Positions 52,525-61,762 of a stretch of DNA of 64,000 nt are shown here, one piece after another. Source of the DNA: an uncultured Puniceicoccaceae bacterium. Its GTDB lineage: Bacteria; Verrucomicrobiota; Verrucomicrobiia; Opitutales; Coraliomargaritaceae. Under the pieces are notes generated by a model. The model had not been told where the DNA came from. It worked only from the letters and a program-made list of their open reading frames with translations, and searched no databases. The stretch lies in NCBI GenBank assembly GCA_905479975.1, contig CAJQOS010000025.1, positions 25 through 64,024 of the forward strand, written 5' to 3'. Every line of letters starts with the position of its first letter. Position 1 is the stretch's first letter. The position numbers and the translations under genes are program-made.

Positions 52525-52990
52525 GCGAGAGATCAGCCAGCTAAGAAATAATAGGACTAAATTTAATTATCAGTCTTAACTACTAAGGAACGTCTAGGAG
52601 CTTCATAATAAAGCATAGAACGTAGACACCACTCGCTCGAGACCAGCGTAAGCCACACAGGCTCACGCGCGCGATATATGACAATGCCGCATTACTGGCA
52701 GTAATGCGCCGCACAACTCAGGTGTGGGTGCACGCTGTGAAGCTGCAACCATTTGAGTATTGATAAACTCAATCAGTTCAATCGCGAGAGAGTCGGCGAG
52801 ACAATATGAAGGACGCCACCAAACATCTAGACTCTAAATTTCTTTCTCTTTTTAAGAAAAACCACACGAATAAGTAATTTTATAATTAGAACTAAGTTCT
52901 TTCTTTTTTCATGAGTGAGGAACTTAGCCTACCAAACGATAACACATGCCATTTAAATTACTTAAAAATAAACAGTTAATCACTTAATAC

Positions 52991-53014
52991 AAGTAAAAGT
53001 AAAAGTAAAAGTAA
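52991..53014 (+). repeat. Hexamer tandem repeat (AAGTAA)x4
   Basis: Read directly; lies in the AT-rich spacer about 300 bp upstream of the pilin cassette. Confidence 0.9.
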
Positions 53015-53308
53015 TAAATTGTAAATCACTAATTAAAAGGAACTTATGTGTCATACACAATAAATAACTATAAAAACCAAAGCAAAAATCACATCGCAAA
53101 TAACAAACATAATAAATATTTACGTAAGTTTTCATGTAAAAAATAAATAAATACCACGACTAAATTTGAATCGTCTTGACCAAACGAATAACCTGAAAGT
53201 TAACTAAAGTTACGCCACGTCTAAAACACATTAACTTTAACGGATGATTCAACACTCGAGCAACGACTCCATTATTTTTTTTAATGCTATCAACCTCGAT
53301 TCTTTGCG

Positions 53309-53866
53309 ATGACTGCAAACAGAATGAAACATACCACAAACAATCATGGCTTCAGCCTCGTCGAAGTCATGATCGCCATGGCGGTCTTCAGCATCACCGC
53401 TGGTGGACTCGCCTCAAGTGCACTACTGACGAGTCGGATCGCGCATTCAAACATCTACAGAAATACCGCTTTCACAGTCGCCCAAGGTTACGCCGAGCAA
53501 ATAAAAAGCATTCAATACATGACTATTGAAAAGGCATTGATAGATCCTGAGACGTATAGCATCCCAACAAAGGGCCTGACCCAAGATGCAACCGGATCAA
53601 TGGAATTCAACGATCCCCTCATATTCGGCGAACGTATCGGGAAAGAAGTCGTGATCGACATCGAAGAAGTGGCAGATGGCTCTTATCGGCCGAAAAAAAT
53701 GATGATGTGGATAACAACAAACGGCCGCAATCTAATCACGGAATCAGATGAAGCTAAAGCGATCGAGATCACCCTCTCCTTCGACTGGACTAGTGCCAAT
53801 TTTGGTAAAGAGGAAACACAACATGACAGTATCCGCATCGTAAAAACAGACATCACAGAATTCTAA
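53309..53866 (+). CDS. Prepilin-type N-terminal methylation protein (PilV-like)
   Basis: G|FSLVEVMIAMAVF class III signal with F+1/E+5. The start may be 53324. Confidence 0.88.
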   Translation: MTANRMKHTTNNHGFSLVEVMIAMAVFSITAGGLASSALLTSRIAHSNIYRNTAFTVAQGYAEQIKSIQYMTIEKALIDPETYSIPTKGLTQDATGSMEFNDPLIFGERIGKEVVIDIEEVADGSYRPKKMMMWITTNGRNLITESDEAKAIEITLSFDWTSANFGKEETQHDSIRIVKTDITEF

Positions 53867-53887
53867 ACTCAGACATCCCGAAGAGCT

Positions 53888-54517
53888 ATGAAGATCGATA
53901 AACATCTCCGTAAAAAGGGTTACTCCCTAGTCGAGGTCATCGTCGCACTGACAATTTCGGTGGCTGTCATCGGCGGAGTAATGTCGTTCTACATTCAATT
54001 CTATAAGGTTTCCTTCATCAACGAGCAGAAAAATAAAATAAACCACGACATGCGTCAACTAACGGGCGAGCTAACTAGAGCAGGCCGCCAAGCCAACGAC
54101 CATTTCATATATAAATCGATTTCAACAGCAGATCGAGACACTGCGAGCGATCGACTATTAACTGACTCTTCGGGCGACTTTCTACTTTTCATCTATAAAG
54201 ATAATTCAACCGAGGTAGAAATTAGTAAAATCATCGGTTATTTCCGTGAAAACAACGGTGATGACTTGGGGCCAGTTCGACGTTTTGAAAGGGACTTCTC
54301 CCCAGCCAGCAATCTACCAATGGAGTCGCTAATCCCAGCGCCTCAACAATTGAAAAATTCCCCGAAAGTTATAGAGTTATCGAAAGGGTTAGCTGATGGC
54401 CGACTCTTCTACAACTTCCTAGGGCGCAGTATTATAATTAACGGACAGATCTATCATGGTAACAATGCAAAGCGCGTTACCGAAACATATAACTTCACAA
54501 TTTCTCCACGTGGATAA
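53888..54517 (+). CDS. Prepilin-type N-terminal methylation protein (PilW-like)
   Basis: KKG|YSLVEVIVALTISVAVIGG with E+5. Confidence 0.88.
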   Translation: MKIDKHLRKKGYSLVEVIVALTISVAVIGGVMSFYIQFYKVSFINEQKNKINHDMRQLTGELTRAGRQANDHFIYKSISTADRDTASDRLLTDSSGDFLLFIYKDNSTEVEISKIIGYFRENNGDDLGPVRRFERDFSPASNLPMESLIPAPQQLKNSPKVIELSKGLADGRLFYNFLGRSIIINGQIYHGNNAKRVTETYNFTISPRG

Positions 54518-56750
54518 TCATTCTCAAACAATCGCTCAATACGCTCGTAATCAACAGACGAAAAACGGCTCGGCTCTGTTTGTCACGATCCTCTTCACCG
54601 CTGTCCTCAGTCTAGTCATTGCTTCGTTATTGAAATCAAGCATGACAGAAATGAGACTCAACAAAAGCCACTTCCTGCACCAGCAAGCCAGTAACAGCGC
54701 AGAATCGATGGTTGAATATGGATTCGCAGAGTTACAAAAACGAGGGACACGACAAACATCATTTACAGCCAACGAACTACGTGACGAGCCACTCTTAATC
54801 CCTTCCACAGCCAAAGAGTTCTACCTAGGTTCAAACGTCGTTTTTGAAGAGTTGGAACTTATCGGTGGCAAGGTCCCCTCTGGCGAGTGGCATTATATCG
54901 ACCCCAATGAACCCTCCAACCAAGAAGACCCTCAAAAAGGGAAAAGAGTCTTTGAGCGAAACGTCAAAGTCTATGGAAAAGGAGTTACTCAAGACCCTAG
55001 GCTAGGCAAGAAAGAGGTATATTGCTCTCAAGTATTATCCGTGCGCGATGCGCCATTATTCACTCATGCCATCTTCTACAACATGGACCTAGAATTCCAC
55101 CCTGGTCCTAGTATGGAAATACAGGGCCCAGTGCATTCAAATGGCGACATCTACCTACAAACAGCCAGTCAGTTACGCTTTCATTCAACCGTGATGACGC
55201 ACGGCGACTTTTTCCATGGCTACAAACCAACCGGAGGCACTCATGTTTCGAGTCACAAAGGTCAGGTTCTCATAAAAGATGCAGACGGTGACTGGAAGGA
55301 TGTCTACACTGGAGGCAGCCGAAGTAGTGACAGTAGCTATGTAGATAGTCACATGGGAGAGGATTGGAATGCTGCGGCCAAAGAACGCTGGGGAGGCAAT
55401 GTGGGATCTTCCACACATGAAGTGCCACAATTAAACCCCGTCGGCATCGGCAATTACATTCCCGACGATCCGGATACCAGCAGAGTGAACGAAAAGCACA
55501 ACCCCGCCTACGCTCTAATTGAGCCTCAGGTCCCCGATTCAAATTCGAACTATAAAGGAGATCAAATCCAGAAAGAACAGTTCTCCTACAAAGCAGGACT
55601 AGTTCTTAAAGTCGATAAAGTCGCCTCGCCGACATCCCCCCACGGATACGACTACGAACTAAGTGCCTACAACTACCACAGGGAGAGCCAACTCAATCCG
55701 AAAAGCCCTCCAAAAAAAAACAACAACGGCACACTGAAAACTCAGGATCTACCGCTCGACAAAATAGAAAAAAAGATGGGGCGACCGTTACTGACAGTGA
55801 ATCGCTATGCTGAGAGTGGGGGCGGCACCCCAATTGGAGGACTCTATGATCGCCGCCAAACGACAGGTATGGATATTATCGAATTGGACATGTCGATCCT
55901 CGCTGAGATGATTAATGATGGTGAAAAAAATGGAGAAAACCGTGACCCATGGAATGGACAATTTCATCTCAATCCAGGCAAGGCAATGGATTGGAATGGT
56001 GTGGTCTACGTAGAATTGCCCTACGACGCATCCAGCAGCTCTCGATCCGACAGTGTCATGCCAGCAGATCGGAATGTCGCTTTACGTATTTCCAACGCCG
56101 ATGTCGTGCCCAATCCTGATTTCGGAAAATCAAGTGGCTACGATGAAGGTTTCACACTGGCCACGAATGGCCAGTTATACGTGCAAGGACATTTCAATTC
56201 TGATGGTAATCCCTCGACTGGTAGTTCCACGAAAACTGACGATGGCAACACACACACGAGCAAAGAAGCAACTGCCGCTTTATATGCGGATTCCATTACC
56301 ATATTATCGAATTCATTTGACGACACTAGAACAAAACTAAGCCCCGGATACCGACAGGCAGAATACACCGAAGTTTCCGCAGCTCTAGTCACGGGGCTTC
56401 TCCCCACTGTCCCAAATGGATGGCAGCGTAGTGGCGGCGCGCATAACTTACCGCGATTCTTAGAAGGATGGATCGGTGTCGAATTCCGTTACCGCGGGTC
56501 ACTCGTCGCACTCTACGAGAGCGAGGCAGGCACCGCGCCAATGAGGGCGGGATATTGGGCATGGTATTATCCTCCAAAACGAAATTGGGGCTACAACCAA
56601 CTTTTTGCAGAAGGCATCTACCCTCCAGGCACTCCGAACACACGCGACTACCGTCGCACAAATTTCCAATACTTAACTGCCAACGAGTATGGCACCAAAG
56701 TAGAGGGCTTCGGTGGCGGCAGTCGCGGCCACAAACAAAGCAAACGATAA
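54510..56750 (+). CDS. Large PilX-like protein
   Basis: GTG at 54510 overlaps the previous stop; KNG|SALFVTILF (no E+5, PilX-type); A...AESMVEYG; large C-terminal domain. Confidence 0.82.
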   Translation: MDNHSQTIAQYARNQQTKNGSALFVTILFTAVLSLVIASLLKSSMTEMRLNKSHFLHQQASNSAESMVEYGFAELQKRGTRQTSFTANELRDEPLLIPSTAKEFYLGSNVVFEELELIGGKVPSGEWHYIDPNEPSNQEDPQKGKRVFERNVKVYGKGVTQDPRLGKKEVYCSQVLSVRDAPLFTHAIFYNMDLEFHPGPSMEIQGPVHSNGDIYLQTASQLRFHSTVMTHGDFFHGYKPTGGTHVSSHKGQVLIKDADGDWKDVYTGGSRSSDSSYVDSHMGEDWNAAAKERWGGNVGSSTHEVPQLNPVGIGNYIPDDPDTSRVNEKHNPAYALIEPQVPDSNSNYKGDQIQKEQFSYKAGLVLKVDKVASPTSPHGYDYELSAYNYHRESQLNPKSPPKKNNNGTLKTQDLPLDKIEKKMGRPLLTVNRYAESGGGTPIGGLYDRRQTTGMDIIELDMSILAEMINDGEKNGENRDPWNGQFHLNPGKAMDWNGVVYVELPYDASSSSRSDSVMPADRNVALRISNADVVPNPDFGKSSGYDEGFTLATNGQLYVQGHFNSDGNPSTGSSTKTDDGNTHTSKEATAALYADSITILSNSFDDTRTKLSPGYRQAEYTEVSAALVTGLLPTVPNGWQRSGGAHNLPRFLEGWIGVEFRYRGSLVALYESEAGTAPMRAGYWAWYYPPKRNWGYNQLFAEGIYPPGTPNTRDYRRTNFQYLTANEYGTKVEGFGGGSRGHKQSKR

Positions 56751-56756
56751 TTAACT

Positions 56757-57395
56757 ATGAAACATTGGCAACATTGGCACTGGGTAGTCATCTATGCCCT
56801 CATCGTGACTGCACCGAGTTCACAATCATTTGCATGGTCAAAATCCGACCATCTCAATTTCAACATTCAAAGTGAAAGCAAAACGATCGACAGCATCGAG
56901 AACGCATGGATCTCCCTTAATAGTCAGGCAATCTCATTGGATTGGTTCCAACTCGCCGACTGGGTAATCAGTCAAAACAGCAAGAAAGCAGCATCTGCTA
57001 TATTCGTCTATCGCACCATCCCCACACTGGAACTTCAATTAATCGTCTATCCTAAGGGCAGCTGGCTAAGCGACATGAAAGACGAATCGATTAGAAAATA
57101 CATCGAATCTTTACCTCAACAATTCCCTGACAGTGCAATCCAACTCACCAACCAGAATCAATACGAACCATCAGTAGGCAGCGTCCCATTTCTAGAAGGC
57201 ACGTTCAGAAAAGTGTTCTACACAGTGACACCAAAAACCCCAGGAACCTCACCATTCATGGTCAATGACTACTGGACTGTAACCCGAGACGGCATTCTAG
57301 CCATCGCACGCTACAGTGGGGAAAGCACCATCGTGACTAATATGAGTAGTGTCTTTGAACGAGAACTGGCTCAATTCCTCATCCAAGAACGGTAG
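56757..57395 (+). CDS. Hypothetical exported protein
   Basis: 212 aa, starts 6 bp after the PilX-like gene; N-terminal signal-like segment ending in SFA. Confidence 0.7.
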   Translation: MKHWQHWHWVVIYALIVTAPSSQSFAWSKSDHLNFNIQSESKTIDSIENAWISLNSQAISLDWFQLADWVISQNSKKAASAIFVYRTIPTLELQLIVYPKGSWLSDMKDESIRKYIESLPQQFPDSAIQLTNQNQYEPSVGSVPFLEGTFRKVFYTVTPKTPGTSPFMVNDYWTVTRDGILAIARYSGESTIVTNMSSVFERELAQFLIQER

Positions 57396-57445
57396 AGTGG
57401 CGCCTCCAACAGGACCAGCGCTTCCTGTAAAGCTCCTCCCTCGCC

Positions 57446-58279
57446 TTAAACCATCTCAAACACCACCGCCGTGGTATTATCCTTACCGTCGGTCTGCACC
57501 GCTTCAGTGACCAGCATCTCGGCAGGAGTGCCTTCGAGATGCGGCGCCGGATTACGAATGATCCGCTCCATACCGCGATTGAACAAGCCTTCGACCAGAC
57601 CATCCGAGCAAATTAAGAAGCGGTCGCCAGGCTCATAGCCAATAGCACCGAACTGTGGGCTGAGGTTTTGATTTTTACCGCCCAGCACTTGCTGCAGCGC
57701 ATTGCGCCCGGCATGGCTTCGCGCCGCCTTCTCATTCAACTGACCATCACGATGCAGCCAGCCCACATGCGTATGATCGTGGCTAACTTGGTTGATCCCG
57801 CCATCATTAGGTAGGTGGTAAATACGGCTATCGCCCACATGCGCGAAATAGAGCCAGCCTGGACGCACCCAGCAAAGACTGAGCGTCGCGCCCATGCCAC
57901 GCAACTCCTCATAGCAAAATCCCATATGGGTTAGCTCTCCGTGGATCTGCTCAAACAACTCACTCAATACGTCTTGAAAGCCGATCTCAATGCCCGAGGC
58001 CGCACTGCGAAAGCTCTGCGGAAATAGCTGTGTAATCTTATCAATCGCAATCCGACTCGCGAAGTCACCAGCATTCGCGCCGCCCATACCGTCGCTCACA
58101 GCGAAGACGAAATCGTTCGTTTTCAAGTCAGCCTCACCGTATTTCCCAAGCCGTTTAACGCCTTCCCCATCCACTGCGAGCAGTAGAAAAGAATCCTGAT
58201 TATCCTTACGAAAACGCCCTACGTCGGTCTGACCGAACCAGCGCACGAGCTGCCCTAAAGCTGATACTTCCTCTGCCAT
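57446..58279 (-). CDS. PP2C/PrpC-type protein Ser/Thr phosphatase
   Basis: ATG at 58279; GQTDVGRFRKDNQD, VSDGMGGANAG, GMGATL, HVGDSRIY, CSDGL, DNTT. Confidence 0.95.
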   Translation of the reverse strand: MAEEVSALGQLVRWFGQTDVGRFRKDNQDSFLLLAVDGEGVKRLGKYGEADLKTNDFVFAVSDGMGGANAGDFASRIAIDKITQLFPQSFRSAASGIEIGFQDVLSELFEQIHGELTHMGFCYEELRGMGATLSLCWVRPGWLYFAHVGDSRIYHLPNDGGINQVSHDHTHVGWLHRDGQLNEKAARSHAGRNALQQVLGGKNQNLSPQFGAIGYEPGDRFLICSDGLVEGLFNRGMERIIRNPAPHLEGTPAEMLVTEAVQTDGKDNTTAVVFEMV

Positions 58280-58280
58280 A

Positions 58281-58715
58281 TTATTTCTCCCACCCAGCAC
58301 GATCCGGGTTCGACTGTAGTTTCGGTGACGGCGGATAGCCTGGCACCAAAATCGTCGCAAATTCAAAATCAATGACACAAAAACGCCCCTGACGCGCATC
58401 GTAGGTGATATTACGCACCTCTGCATCATCATGACGCACGCCATATTGCTCCAGCTCAGTAAAGATCCGCTTTTTCTTATCGTCACTCACGTGATCCACT
58501 AATTTCCCACAGTTACTCGTGACCAAGTACAGCTTCGCATCATCCTTTTCTAAGACCTGTGGCACGAAGGTGCAGCCATGCTTCTGTAAAAAGTCCAACA
58601 CCCGCACTTCATTCTCGTAGCGCTCTGTGGCCTGTGGCCCCTTGAATGTTTTATGAACACGACCGTCATAGCCGATGTGGACGACTGCCCTCGCAGTATT
58701 TTTAGCCTCTTTCAT
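58281..58715 (-). CDS. Minimal kinase-like protein (RIO/APH-like fold)
   Basis: 144 aa; beta3 Lys (VHK), alphaC Glu (ENEVRVL), HDDAEVRN catalytic-loop-like, IDFE. Confidence 0.7.
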   Translation of the reverse strand: MKEAKNTARAVVHIGYDGRVHKTFKGPQATERYENEVRVLDFLQKHGCTFVPQVLEKDDAKLYLVTSNCGKLVDHVSDDKKKRIFTELEQYGVRHDDAEVRNITYDARQGRFCVIDFEFATILVPGYPPSPKLQSNPDRAGWEK

Positions 58716-58824
58716 CAATATAAGTGGTCAATTTGATCCACCCACCTCGCTGTTGGCAAGAACTCGTCCCCTTTTTCGGTCAATTTTATAAATTCGTGGG
58801 CAAAAAAACTTGCGAAGCATTCTC

Positions 58825-58840
58825 TGGCACGCATTTTGCT
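58825..58840 (+). promoter_or_regulatory. Sigma54 (-24/-12) promoter of the glutamine synthetase gene
   Basis: TGGCACG-CATT-TTGCT, an exact consensus match, about 95 bp upstream of the ATG. Confidence 0.85.
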
Positions 58841-58934
58841 AAATTCGCATGTCTCAAAAGATGAGGCCGATCCGTTCGCTCGCGTCCAAGGCTGCTTCAT
58901 CAATCAATTCAACGACAATTCATTCACAACACTT

Positions 58935-59963
<1,029 letters not shown>

Positions 59964-59983
59964 GTCACAGCACTTTTTCAATC

Positions 59984-60013
59984 AACGCCACTCCTCACGG
60001 AGTGGCGTTTTTT
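59984..60013 (+). terminator. Intrinsic terminator
   Basis: AACGCCACTCC-tcac-GGAGTGGCGTTTTTT. Confidence 0.9.
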
Positions 60014-60115
60014 TGTGCCCAAAATCTCAGGCATCCTAACCCCTCGAAAATAGATTAAGAGTAGGATTAAGACTCTGACCTGAATGGCACGAACTAAAGC
60101 ATCACATTGAAATAA

Positions 60116-60206
60116 CTGGGACCGGCTGCTTTAGCTGCCGTTTCTCTATAACTATCTACCACAAATAACTAGGGGTTCTGCGGGCAGCTAAAGCAGCCCA
60201 TACCAG
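60116..60206. repeat. REP-like inverted doublet (REPIN-like)
   Basis: GGCTGCTTTAGCTGCC (60124-60139) and its exact reverse complement (60183-60198); each arm is itself a small imperfect palindrome. Confidence 0.8.
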
Positions 60207-61601
60207 TTAGCCTTGATCTTCGTCAGAGCCTCTTACCTGAAACTCAGACGCAAAGCTCTGCTGCAAAATCTCACGGGCTTCCGCCCCTGCCACCCAGTCT
60301 TGCTTCGCCACACCGTAAATCAGCACTGGCTCAAACCAGCCGCCTCCGACGGCTTGATTCAATAAATCCTCTGCCGACAAACACGGACGCCCCGCATGTG
60401 CCTGCAACTCAAACGCAACTGGCCCGACACTGTGATACGAGCGATACACCAACTCGGTGCAGGCCAAACGATCCGCCGCCGCGAAATCAAAAATGAAATC
60501 GTAGAGCTTGCCCGCATGTGTCAGCCCACGCGACACCGCCTCCGCCCGCTCCGCATCGGGAATCCTCGGGCGTAGCACGGTGAACGAATCCACCTGTAAC
60601 GTATCTTCCGCCGGACGCAGCTTCACCCCATCCTTCTTGGCTTCCAGAAAACAGATCGATTCGCCGATCTCTGAATCCGCCGGCACTCCCAGTTCAGCGC
60701 GTTGCGTATTCGTCCCAATATAGAACGCCGCATGCGGCCAGAATCCTGGCAAAAACAGATTACTCATCGCATCGTCGTGCCGCATAATCAACACGTCGCC
60801 CGGCTCTAGAAATTCCAACAACCGCGCCCGCACCTCCGACGTCACACGCTTGCCCACGCCCAATGGCTTCACGAATGGCTGCTTCAACTCCGCCACGGCA
60901 CTACCACTGAGCTTCAACATCTGAAACATCGTCTTTCGCAGCCCCGAATGATTCCGTCGGATGAACGAATGTATCCGATACGCCAACCGAGTCTTCAAGA
61001 AATCACGACGTCGCGCCGACACCATGGCTTCCTCCGCCAGCAACAGCTCGACCACTGGCCCCAGCACCGCATCGCTTTTTAACGCCACGACCTCGGCTCG
61101 ATGCGCCTCATAGTAACGCGTCGCCTCAAAAAATCCCCACCAGCGTTTCCGTGAAGTGAGACTCTGATAAATTCGAGTAAAGATCTTCGCCTCCAGCCCG
61201 AAGCGCAGCTCTGGCTCGTCAAGCTTCGCCATCACGATCGGATGCTCTGTCGCCATCTCGACGATAAAATTCCCCGCCCGCATCAGTAAACAAGCCGCCG
61301 CATAGGCCACTATAAATTCAGACAAATTATCCGTGCCCTTCACCGAAAGTGTGCCGCCACTCACCTCACTCACACACTCCAGCAAACTCAAACGCAGCGC
61401 CAAATAGTGACTATACAACTCGCGCAGCCCCTCATCCTCATCCGGTAAAAAATACCCTCGCGCCTCAGCCGCAGTCAGCTGATCCAGATATTGCTCAATC
61501 GACGCACGATTTGGCAACGCCTCGGCAGCCGCCAGTAACATCGGAATGTGCGACGACACATCCACTTCCTTCAACGCGGCTCCCTCGGACTGATTCTGCA
61601 T
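60207..61601 (-). CDS. Permuted papain-like NlpC/P60 (YiiX/YebB-like) hydrolase with a long N-terminal helical region
   Basis: PGDVLIMRH, FWPHAAFYIG, YDFIFDF, LACTELVY (His before Cys). Confidence 0.85.
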   Translation of the reverse strand: MQNQSEGAALKEVDVSSHIPMLLAAAEALPNRASIEQYLDQLTAAEARGYFLPDEDEGLRELYSHYLALRLSLLECVSEVSGGTLSVKGTDNLSEFIVAYAAACLLMRAGNFIVEMATEHPIVMAKLDEPELRFGLEAKIFTRIYQSLTSRKRWWGFFEATRYYEAHRAEVVALKSDAVLGPVVELLLAEEAMVSARRRDFLKTRLAYRIHSFIRRNHSGLRKTMFQMLKLSGSAVAELKQPFVKPLGVGKRVTSEVRARLLEFLEPGDVLIMRHDDAMSNLFLPGFWPHAAFYIGTNTQRAELGVPADSEIGESICFLEAKKDGVKLRPAEDTLQVDSFTVLRPRIPDAERAEAVSRGLTHAGKLYDFIFDFAAADRLACTELVYRSYHSVGPVAFELQAHAGRPCLSAEDLLNQAVGGGWFEPVLIYGVAKQDWVAGAEAREILQQSFASEFQVRGSDEDQG

Positions 61602-61664
61602 GCCCTCATTAATAATCGGCCTAGAACGTAACGGTCAATCTCAAGTAGACACATCCTACACACT

Positions 61665-61749
61665 AGATGGGACACTCATGTCCCGCTAAATCTGAGGATC
61701 GTTACGAAAATCAACCGCATTGCAGATGGACAAGTGTGCCCATCCTCCT
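61665..61749. repeat. Degenerate REP-like inverted doublet
   Basis: GATGGGACACTCATGTCC versus the reverse complement of the right arm, GATGGGCACACTTGTCC. Confidence 0.5.
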
Positions 61750-61762
61750 AGCATTCTTAAAA

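Noticed and set aside
52630-52830. GC-richer patch read as an eroded gene on the minus strand
   Set aside because: The open stretch has no start codon upstream of it and no recognisable motif.
60085-60100. TGGCACG as a second sigma54 promoter
   Set aside because: The -12 TTGC element is missing at the required spacing.
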